Assembly: GCA_027923505.1 (NCBI GenBank)
Contig: BROI01000003.1
Coordinates: forward strand, 1,364,001 to 1,428,000
DNA from: Mayamaea pseudoterrestris
Taxonomy: Eukaryota
DNA: 64,000 nt
Reading direction: 5' to 3'
The notes below the pieces were generated by a model that did no database searches, was not told the DNA's origin, and was given only the letters and a program-made list of their open reading frames with translations. The stretch's first letter is position 1; each line of letters starts with the position of its first letter. The translations under genes and the position numbers were made by a program. Shown in pieces: positions 22,801-34,795 of the stretch.

Positions 22801-25800
22801 ACAGAGGGCCTCCACGGCAACTGTCTTGCATGGTTAGATGCGCCATTGTGTGCTGAGTCTAGCCATATTGTTGAATTCATGAAGCGGTCAATCAGGCAGC
22901 CCTGGTTTGCATTTCAATCTTTTCCTCAAGTGACAACCCCCGCTGCCATGCACCAGACTGTCATGCCATTGAAAATGACCCACAGAGGGCCTCCGCGGCA
23001 CCTGTCTTGCATGGTTAGATGCGCCATTGTGTGCTGAGTCCAGCCATATTGTTGAATTCATGAAACAGTCAGTCAGGCAGCCCTGGTTTGCATTTCAATC
23101 TTTTCCTCAAGTGACAATGCCAGACTGTCATGCCATTAAAAGTACCCACAGAGGGGCCTCCACAGCACCTGTCTTGCGTGGTTAAATGCGCCATTGTGTG
23201 CTGAGTCCAGCCATATTGTTGAAATCATGAAACGGTCAATCAGGCAGCCCTGGTTTGCATTTCAATCTTTTCCTCAAGTGACAACCCCCGCTGTCATGCA
23301 CCAGACTGTCATCATGCCATAGAAAGTGACCCCCAGAGGGCCTCCACGGCACCTGTCTTGCATGGTTAGATGCGCCATTGTGTGCTGAGTCTAGCCATAT
23401 TGTTGAATTCATGAAGCTGTCAATTAGGCAGCCCTGGTTTGCATTTCAATCTTTTCCTCAAGTGACAACCCCCGCTGTCATGCGCCAGACTGTCATGCCA
23501 TTGAAAGTGACCCACAGAGGGGCCTCCACGGCACCTGTCTTGCATGGTTAGTTGCGCCAATGTGTGCTGAGTCCAGCCATATTGTTGATTTCATGAAACG
23601 GTCAATCAGGCAGCCCTGGTTTGCATTTCAATCATTTCCTCAAGTGACAACACCCGCTGTCATGCGCTAGACTATCATGCCATTGAAAGTGAACAACAGA
23701 GGGCCTCCACGGCACCTGTCTTGCATGGTTAGAGCGCCATTGTGTGCTGAGTCCAGCCATTTTGTTGAATTCATGAATGGGGTCAATCAGGCAGCCCTGG
23801 TTTGCATTTCAATCTTTTCCTCAAGTGACAACCCCCGCTGTCATGCGCAGACTGTCATGCCATTGAAAGTGAACAACAGAGGGCCTCCACAGCACCTGTC
23901 TTGCATGGTTAGAGCGCCATTGTGTGCCAAGTCCAGCCATTTTGTTGAATTCATGAAACGGTTGATCAGGCAGCCCTGGTTTGCATTTCAATCTTTTCCT
24001 TAAGTGACAACCCCCCGCTGTCATGGGCCAGACTGTCATGCCATTGAAAGTGACCCACAGAGGGCCTCCACGGCAACTGTCTTGCATGATTAGATGTGCC
24101 ATTGTGTGCTGAGTCCAGCAATATTGTTGAATTCATGAAACAGTCAATCAGGTAGCCCTGGTTTGCATTTCTCTTTTTTTCCTCAAGTGACAACACCCAC
24201 TGTCATGCGCCAGACTGTCATGCCATTGAAAGTGACCCACAGAGGGCCTCCACGGCACCTGTTTTGCATGATTAGATGCGCCATTGTGTGCTGAGTCCAG
24301 CCATATTGTTGAATTCATGAAACGGTCCATCGGGCAGCCCTGGTTTGCATTTTAATCTTTTCCTCAAGTGACAACACCCACTGACATGCGCCAGACTGTC
24401 ATGCCATTGAAAGTGACCCACAGAGGGGCCGCCACGGCACCTGTCTTGCATGGTTAGATGCGCCATTGTGTGCTGAGTCCAGCCATATTGTTGAATTCAT
24501 GAAACGGTCAATCAGGCAGTCCTGGTTTGCATTTCAATCTTTTCCTCAAGTGACAGTGACAGACTGTCATGCCATTGAAAGTGACCGACAGAGGGGCCTC
24601 CACGGCACCTATCTTGCATGGTTAGATGCACCATTGTGTGCTGAGTCCAGCCATATTTATGAATTCATGAAACGGTTGATCAGGCAGCCATGGTTTGCAT
24701 TTCAATCTTTTCCTCACTTGACAACCCCCCCTGCCATGCCCAGACTGTCATGCCATTCAAAGGGACCCACAGAGGGCCTCCACGGCACCTGTTTTGCATG
24801 GTTAGATGCGCCATTGTGTGCTGAGTCCAGCCATATCATTGATTTCATGAAACGGTTGATCAGGCACCCCTGGTTTGCATTTCAATCTTGTCCTCAAGTG
24901 ACAACCCCCGCTGTCATGCGCGGGACTGTCTTGCCATTTGAAAGTGAACCACAGAGGTGCCTCCACGGCACCTGTCTTGCATGGTTAGATGCGCCATTGT
25001 GTGCTGAGTTTAGCCATATTGTTGATTTCATGAAACGGTTGATCAGGCAGCCCTGGTTTGCATTTCAATCTTTTCCTCAAGTGACAACACCCACTGTCAT
25101 GGGCCAGACTGTCATGCCATTGAAAGTGACCCACAGAGGGCCTCCATGGCACCTGTCTTGCATGGTTATATGCGCCATTGTGTGCTGAGTCCAGCCATGT
25201 TGTTAAATTCATGAAACGGTCAATCAGGCAGCCCTGGTTTGCATTTCAATCTTTTCCTCAAGTGACAACACCCACTGTCATGCGCCAGATTGTCATGCCA
25301 TTGAAAGTCACCCACAGAGGGCCTCCACGGCACCTGAATTGCATGGTTAGATGCGCCATTGTGTGCTGAGTCCAGCCATATATTTGATTTCATGAAACAG
25401 TCGATCAGGCAGACCTGGTTTGCATTTCAATCTTTTCCTCAAGTGACAACCCCCACTGTCATGCACCAGACTGTCATTTTATTGAAAGTGACCCACAGAG
25501 GGCCTCCACGGCACCTGTCTTGCATGGTTAGATGTGCCATTGTGTGCTGAGTCTAGCCATATTGTTGATTTCATGAAACGGTTGATCAGGCAGCCCTGGT
25601 TTGCATTTCAATCTTTTCCTCAAGTGACAACACCCACTGTCATGCGCTAGACTGTCATGCCATTGAAAGTGACCAACAGAGGGGCCTCCACGGCACCTGT
25701 TTTGCATGGTTAGATGCGCCATTGTGTGCTGAGTCCAGCCATATTGTTGAATTCATGAAACGGTCAATCAGGCAGCCCTGGTTTGCATTTCAATCTTTTC

Positions 25801-26506
25801 CTCAAGTGACAACCCCCACTGTCATGCGCCAGATTGTCATGCCATTGAAAGTGACCCACAGAGGGGCCTCCACGGCACCTGTCTTGCATGGTTAGATGCG
25901 CCATTGTGTGCTGAGTCCAGCCATATTGTTGAATTCATGAAACAATCAATCAGGCAGCCCTGGTTTGCATTTCAATCTTTTCCTCAAGTGACAACACCCA
26001 CTGTCATGCGCCAGACTGTCATGCCATTGAAAGTGACCCACAGAGGGCCTCCACGGCACCTGAATTGCATGGTTAGAAGCGCCATTGTTTGCTGAGTCCA
26101 GCCATATATTTGGTTTCATGAAAAAGAGTCAATCAGGCAGCCCTGGTTTGCATTTCAATCTTTTTCTCAAGTGACAACCCCCACTGTCATGCGCCAGACT
26201 GTCATGCCATTGAAAGTGACCCACAGAGGGCCTCCACGGCACCTGTCTTGCATGGTTAGATGTGCCATTGTGTGCTGAGTCTAGCCATATTGTTGAATTC
26301 ATGAAACGTATGATCAGGCAGCTCTGGTTTGCATTTCAATCTTTTCCTCAAGTGACAACACCCACTGTCATGCGCCAGATTGTCATGCCATTGAAAGTGA
26401 CCCACAGAGGGGCCTCCACGGCACCTGTCTTGCATGGTTAGATGCGCCATTGTGTGCTGAGTCCAGCCATATTGTTGAATTCATGAAACGGTCAATCAGG
26501 CAGCCC
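19849..26506. repeat. Tandem satellite array, ~181-bp monomer, ~37 copies
   Basis: Recurrent CTGTCATGCGCCAGACTGTCATGCCATTGAAAGTGACCCACAGAGGGCCTCCACGGCACCTG...CAATCTTTTCCTCAAGTGACAAC at ~180-182 bp spacing. Confidence 0.98.
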
Positions 26507-26942
26507 ATATCATAGCTGCTTGGAATCAGTTATGGATGATTTTTTTGCACCAAACTCACCGCAAGCATGTCCCCAAGCATAGTTAAACAGGATTGATGGA
26601 ACAACACTACAATTGGGGGTAGATTTCGAAGGCCACACACTGTAGCACCATGGAGCTGGTTCCTGTGTGGATGTCTGAACTGCCCTCCCATACCGTAGCT
26701 GCTAGAAATCAGCTTTGGATTTTTTAATGCACCAATCTCACCGCAAGCACGTCTTCAAGTATAGCCAAACTGGATTGATGGAGCAAGACTAAAATTGGGG
26801 TAAGGTCAATCTCCCTTGGGTAAGGTTTGAATTCCATGCACTGTAGCACCATGGACTGGCTTTTGTGTAAATGTCTGAAATGCCCTCCCATACTGTAGCT
26901 GCTAGGAATCAGCTATGGATGATTTTTGTGCACCAAACTCAC
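26504..26942. repeat. Second tandem repeat family, ~2.3 diverged copies (183 and 200 bp units)
   Basis: CCCATA...TAGCTGCT.G.AATCAG recurs at 26504, 26687 and 26887. Confidence 0.88.
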
Positions 26943-27286
26943 ATCCTTATCTCAGATGCACTACAAGACAAGTTGACAGGCTAGTGTCTCCATGGACTGG
27001 TATGTGATTGGTGACAACTTGTCACCAGTCTCAGCCAGCAGTTGCCATGATTATCAAATGCCCATACCTTGAGCCATGTGTATGCTCAAATCAAGCCAGA
27101 ATGGTGCTAACATCCTTATTTCAAATGCGCTACAAGAGAAGTTGACAGGCTAGTGTCTCCATGGACTGCAATGTGATTGGTGACAACTTGTCACCAGTCT
27201 CAGCCAGCAGATGCCGTGGTTTTCCAATGCCCATACCTTGAGCCATGTGTATGCAAAAATCAAGCTAGATTGGTGCTAACATCCTT
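26941..27286. repeat. Third tandem repeat family, 169-bp unit, 2 copies
   Basis: ACATCCTT recurs at 26941, 27110 and 27279. Each unit has the hairpin TGGTGACAA-C-TTGTCACCA. Confidence 0.9.
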
Positions 27287-27534
27287 TGCGCAACAAGATG
27301 GTATGCTTGGTTGTTGTCTCTGCAAACTGCGCCAGTCGACTTACAGTTAGTAAGCGATGACTTTATGTGATTGTGATGGATGCACTATCGGAACGTGACT
27401 GATGGTGAGAAGTCGGAGCGGTTTTAAATTCATGAGCGATGACGAATGTTCGACTCGGGATTTTGGTCATGGACGACCACCTCGATTTCTCATTTAAATG
27501 TTAGTAGTTTTACATATTACAACCGGACAAGATC

Positions 27535-28509
27535 ATGTTAACGCGAGACAAGACGAGCATCTTGCTATGGTCATCAGCTGCTGCCATTGGCAGCGCTGCA
27601 GTGCTTGCATATTTCAACCAGCGAAAACAACGTCGGCCCATTCCATCTTCCTTGCTAAAATCACCTTACGCGGCGCAGTTGAAACTGGCTGTCAAGCTTG
27701 CTCTACAAGCCGGAAATAACATGGCGTCCCACTTGGAGGCAGCTGGTACGACGGATACCTTCAAGCTAGAGAGCTTGCAGATCAACGTGAAGAATGGCCA
27801 AGCGCAAGACTTTTGCACGCAGGTGGATTTGACTAATGAGCGACTGTGCATGGATGCGATTCAAAAGCAGTTTCCAAATGACTGCATCATCGGCGAGGAA
27901 GCGTCTGCTGACAAAATTCCCCCGTTGACGATGCAACCTACATGGATCTTGGATCCTGTGGACGGTACAACCAATTTTGCAAGTGGCTTGCCTCTTTGTT
28001 GCGTCTCCATTGGCTACTGCTTTGACACACAACCCGTCATGGGCGTCGTTTACGCGCCAGCCACGCGAGAAATGTATGTAGCAATCAAGGGATATGGAGC
28101 GTATCGAAACGGCATGCGCATCTGCAGCGACAATCAAAAGACCAAACTTTTGGATGCTGTCGTTGGATTCGAATTTGGTTATGCCCGCAGTCAAAGTGCC
28201 ATTGACCTCATGGTGAGAGCGGTTCGAAGCGTCATGACGAACGGATGTCGGACGCTTCGGTGCTTGGGAAGCGGCGTGCTGGACATTTGCTATGTAGCAA
28301 CAGGCCGTCTAGATGTCGTGTACGCTGGTGTCGCCAACGAGGGATGGAAACCATGGGACTACGCGGCTGGTTATGTCATTGCGACGGAGGCAGGCTGTAC
28401 GATCGAGGCTATACCAAGCGATACGACATTTGACCTTTACTCCGACAGCATCATTTGTGGGACGAGCAAGGAGCTAGTGGATGAATTACGGTTGGTTATA
28501 ACTGCGTAG
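27535..28509 (+). CDS. Inositol monophosphatase family protein
   Basis: IIGEE, WILDPVDGTTNF, WKPWDYAAG. Confidence 0.93.
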   Translation: MLTRDKTSILLWSSAAAIGSAAVLAYFNQRKQRRPIPSSLLKSPYAAQLKLAVKLALQAGNNMASHLEAAGTTDTFKLESLQINVKNGQAQDFCTQVDLTNERLCMDAIQKQFPNDCIIGEEASADKIPPLTMQPTWILDPVDGTTNFASGLPLCCVSIGYCFDTQPVMGVVYAPATREMYVAIKGYGAYRNGMRICSDNQKTKLLDAVVGFEFGYARSQSAIDLMVRAVRSVMTNGCRTLRCLGSGVLDICYVATGRLDVVYAGVANEGWKPWDYAAGYVIATEAGCTIEAIPSDTTFDLYSDSIICGTSKELVDELRLVITA

Positions 28510-28565
28510 GAGCGTCAACAACATTTGCAAGTAGTCGAGATTTACTAGCAGCAACATCATCTCAA

Positions 28566-30158
<1,593 letters not shown>

Positions 30159-30526
30159 TCAGTACCTGTCGCCTTTTTCACTATCTATTTGATCGACAGA
30201 TTTCAATCTTACAAACGAGTTGTTCACCGAGCAGTTTGACAGCTATTTTCGTCCAGGACTTGATAAAATTTGAGAAACTTGCTCGTCGACCATGGTGAAT
30301 GGCAAAGAGATTTCCCGAGTCTTTCGAGAAACGTCAATGACGCGGCTGGCGCGCGCGTGCTACCTTGACGTACAATATACTTTGCTACCTATGCAAAGCC
30401 AGAGAAATGCAGAAGCTAAGTCTACGAGTACGCGAGTTAGCCATTGTAACAGATTATCACTATGCTTTGTTAACATAACAATGATCGAGGATATTGTATC
30501 CTCTCCGACAGACAAACAGATATCAT

Positions 30527-32805
30527 TTACACAGAAACATCAATCGCCGCTCGCCTCACACGGCGGCCCTCGAAGACAATGGGCTCCTCCAACGACACCT
30601 CGCATCCTTCCGACCTTGATCGGCGAACAACGTCAGGCTTGCCTGACGGTGACTGACTCTTCTTGATCATGTCGGCAATAAAGTTGCTATTCTTACGCTT
30701 GCGGCGACGGAAACGACTGGGAGTAAGCGCATAGGCGTAGCATGACCTGCGCAAGCCGCTTTCCGCGCGACAGACGTAAAGCATGACGCGAATGAACGCT
30801 TTGGCAATGACGTGAAAGAACTTGCCGTCAGCAATAGAGCCAGCCTTGGGTGACTTGCGCTGCGCACAAAGTGGATCTGAGTCTGATGACGACGAAGTTG
30901 TTGTTTCAGTCTCCGTCGAGTCGGTTTCCAGGTCCACGTTCGAAAACTCCACTATGGCCGGAATCTCCTGCTTGCTGCTTGCGTTACCTTTTCGAAAAGT
31001 GTTTGTAGCCTGCGCTGGGGTAGCTTCGGGTGCTGGAGCCTGGCGAAAGCGTTGCGCTGGAAGGAGCAAGTGCTGGATGTACACGAACGTGTATATCATG
31101 TGCCAAATGGCCGAAAACAACATGATGAATAGCCATTCCACTAGCACTAGCAGCGTCGGACGCGGATGGCAGCCAGCCGTGAATGATCCAGCCTTGCTGA
31201 ATGCTGCATCGCGGTTTGCATGCCGACCACCAAACTCGCTGTAAAACTCGTCCGTCACCCGCGAGTAGTACTCTAGCATCCTTCTGTTAATCACTCGCTT
31301 CTCATACGACTGCGATAGCTCCCGACTCGCTTCGGAAAAGGCCATGCGCTTTTGCTTGTCAACAATCAATTCATAGGTTGCTTCAAAGTAAGCATCCTCA
31401 TCGTCGCCTAGACAGCTAAAACCCGACACTCCATCCTGGACCAAATGTCCCGAGCAACCCGACTCGACAATAACGGGAAGTCCGCTCGCTGCCGCCTCCA
31501 GAGTGACTAGTCCAAACGTTTCAACGGCGCTTGGAAAGAGGAAAATGTCCGAACTCGCATAGGCAACTGACAATTGATCCTCATTCATCCAACCCGCAAA
31601 GGTTGTATGCGGCAGCGCCTTGATTTCCTCCTCGCACTGACCAGCGCCAACCACCAATGCATGGTACGGCAAGTTGCGCTCGTGCAAGCGTCGAATGACG
31701 TTGCAAAAAATATCCGGTCGCTTCTCCGGCACCAGTCGACTAACCCAAATGACAACGACTTCATGGTCACCAATTCCCAAGTCGCGCCTGTATTTCAAAG
31801 AGCGCTTGGAAGGATGAAACTTGTCAATGTCAACGCCATGTCCCCAAACCTCCAAGTTGGTAATGCGATCCATCTGGTAGGTATCCGTTAGATGCTTTTG
31901 AATAAAGGGCGTTGGAACGTAGAGGGCCTGCAAAAAGTTGTACTGGTGACGAAAGAATGCCGCCAAAATATGCTTAAGCCATGACAATCCAGGATAATGC
32001 GCCATGTACTCTGGGATGTTGGAATGATACGTTCCCATGATTGGGATCTCCTTGTTGCGAGCGTACTGAATAAGGTGGAGGGCCGTGCAGTCGGGACACG
32101 TCAAGTGAATAATGCTGCATTCAAACTCCTCCAGCTCGCGCTGAATGCGCGGACTCAATCCAAAACCAATCTGATATGTCAATGATGGATTGTTTGGATC
32201 ATGGACAAAGGGAATGGGCTTGGCGTTGTCCAAAAAGACGACGGATCGATTGGGATGTTGGCCGGCGAGATGCGTATTCACCGGGTCACCCGAGTTTGTG
32301 GTGAGCACCATGACATGATGGCCGGCTTCAAGAATCTCCTGCTCGAGCTTGCGGACCGTCAGCGTGACACTATTAAATTATAGTTTGATTGAAGGGAAGC
32401 GTGAGTAACATGGCGGGAGTGTCCAAAAAAAGGTCAATGCGTTGCGAGGCAATGCTCAAAGATTCAGCAGAACGCAGGAGCCATGAGAGCGTGCAATAAC
32501 AATCTGCTATTATTCAACTCCTTCATGACAAATCCACTCGCTCGCACGCCTCTTTTCCTATTTTAGCGATACCAGCAAGGGTCCATCAACACTCGGAAGA
32601 ACCAGCGATGGAGTTCGCGAACGCCAAAGAAGCTCGCCGGGAGAACAGCATCTCGCTCATGCGGCATGTCAAGCAGCAGCTGCAGTCATGCAGATAGAGG
32701 TACTTACCCGTCTAGCACATTGTAGCAGGTAGTATAGAGCAGCACGCGATGCTGATGAGCCGCTAGTAGCGCTCGCTGCCGCGGAGCCTTGCCTCTCATC
32801 ATCAT
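30527..32805 (-). CDS. Glycosyltransferase family 4 (SQD2/PimB-like); exons 32805-32708, 32369-30527
   Basis: YNVLDG|VTLT across a 338-bp GT-AG intron; VSRLVPEK, YASSDIFLFPSAVETFGLVTLEAAASGLPV. Confidence 0.88.
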
Positions 32806-33112
32806 GGTGCAAATGCTTCAATGGCTGCTTGCGGTGCAGAAACTTTGCTTGCGTGTGTGTGAGGCAAATTTCAAAACCACGCGGCGGCTTCCAACGAACG
32901 CTTTCGATTTACTATTGCCCTCACGTCAAGACTTGCAACGGAAAAAGCCAATCGAACGGAAGTTCGTCATAGGGGCAATTGGAAACAGCTGAACGTGATG
33001 ACTCATTAAAATGACGCGTTCTGCCGCCGAATATGATAGCTATACCTTGTTGCTACGGAGTACATGATTTGCTTTTAAAATATTTCAGTCAGTGCATCCA
33101 TTGCATCAACGT

Positions 33113-34295
33113 TTAATTATTAGCACTAGCGTTTGGAATACTGACAAACGGACAAGATTTGTATTTCGAACCATCGCGCAACACGACGCTTCGAATCTCA
33201 TGCTCCAGGCGAAGGATGGGACCGGCGTCCACGTCTTCAGGATCTATAATGTCAATGCAACGAAACATGCAGTCGTCTATTGCTTGATCAAGTGTGTACG
33301 CTCTTCGTTTGAAACGAGGGTTGGCGTACAATGCGCCGAGTGCCTCTACGCGCTGGTACGTGGCTGGCAAGTCAGCCACATACATGGAGACGTGTGGCCC
33401 ATAATTGCTCGCATACCGCGGAAGCTTGCCATCTATCGCTGGTTCAAGATCACTGTGAACCAAGTCATCGTGCTGTACATGATTTTTCTGTCTGTGAGGA
33501 CAAAAGGTCAGCGTTTGGCGCGGACCAACCGACACGACGACGCACTGATCGTTCACTTGCAGTATAGGCGCTCCCAATACTTGGTCGTAGAATCTCCCAA
33601 AGCCTGCCATGTTTGCGTTGTGCGAAGTGTAGATTGTCAAGTCTCGCATGGCTAAACCTTCCGATTCTTCGCCTGGCTGCTGTCCACGCGCATCTCGTTC
33701 AGACTCATCGTCGGCTTGCACCAGACGAAATGTATTTCCCCAAGGATCCTTCACAAGCAGTAGTGCACCATTGTAGTCACGTTCCATTGAGAATTGACTG
33801 TTCTGTAGTGACGCTTGGGCGTTTTCGTATCTCGACTGCAACGTTGACAAGTCACTGTATGCAAGCGTCACAATCCCATCAAGCACTTGAGCATTTGGTT
33901 TCCCTTCCGGCAAGTGAAATTGCTGTGCTCCAATGTTGGCCCAAACCGTTCCTGAACCACCATTGAAATTGTCATGCTTTCGAGGATCGACGGCGCATTG
34001 CAAAAAGTCAAAGTAGAGTGCCTTGAGCCAATCGTGGCGGTGAGAGGAGCAGTCGAGCATCTAAATTAGCTTATCCACAGAATCCACGAAGGCTACCGTT
34101 ACCTTTTTCATGATTGATATTGAGATGGTCGAGGATGAGAATGTTTCCGACGGGTTGAGATGATGAAGCAGTATTAGCCGATGATGAGACTGAACAATCC
34201 TTTCTTGACGATGAGCTGGAGAAGGCGCAAACTGGTGATGACTTGACAAGCGCCCAGCTTGCTAGGACAAGGTAAGAGCTACCAAGCGATCTCAT
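33113..34295 (-). CDS. Glyoxalase/VOC-fold protein with a probable plastid presequence; intron near 34045-34102 with unclear acceptor
   Basis: Signal peptide plus CAF motif, ILDHLNINHEKG, VWANIGAQQFHLP, KDPWGNTF, YGPHVSMYV. Confidence 0.7.
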
Positions 34296-34795
34296 GCGTT
34301 GCTTTTAGTAGCTGTACGTTTACTCGGTCTCGTCCAGCTGCCGCCACCATCCACCATGGCGGCGATGAAAAAATGAACAGGAGAAGGCACAAGTCGTGCT
34401 AATGACTCACTTTTACTATAGCCTTGCGCCATATTCGTCACTTCTGTGTTCCCGGTTTTTGTCACTGTACAGTGTAGTGCCAATTACTTTAATATTCAAA
34501 GTTTTTGCACTATACCTCACATTGTAGTGCCAATAACTTTGATTTTCAATGTTTTTGGCACTGTAGACAAACAGCATGTACACGATACGACTATATTATG
34601 ATTCACAGTGCCTGGTGTACCGGACCGACATGAACGTGAAAATCTTGGCCTCGTCCACCATGAACCATACCGGTACCGCAATGCTGTGTGTCTATCATCA
34701 GGCGTAGTAGCTGCCATTCCTACAAGCGGTTAATCCTACAAAGCGATAAGTGGGCTACACTTCTATCGCCAGTTAGTAAGCGCTGCGAAAGCCTC

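Noticed and set aside
19832..26450. Many 63-75 aa ORFs (MCAESSHIV...) in the array
   Set aside because: Artefacts of the 181-bp repeat. The unit is not a multiple of 3, starts are mostly non-ATG, and indels are frequent.
19849..26506. Array as CRISPR, 5S/snRNA cluster or hammerhead-ribozyme satellite
   Set aside because: No unique spacers, no recognisable RNA-gene motifs, and no CTGANGA...GAAA hammerhead core on either strand (closest is CTGATTGA).
32370..32707. Unusually long intron as a snoRNA host
   Set aside because: No convincing C/D or H/ACA box arrangement seen by eye.
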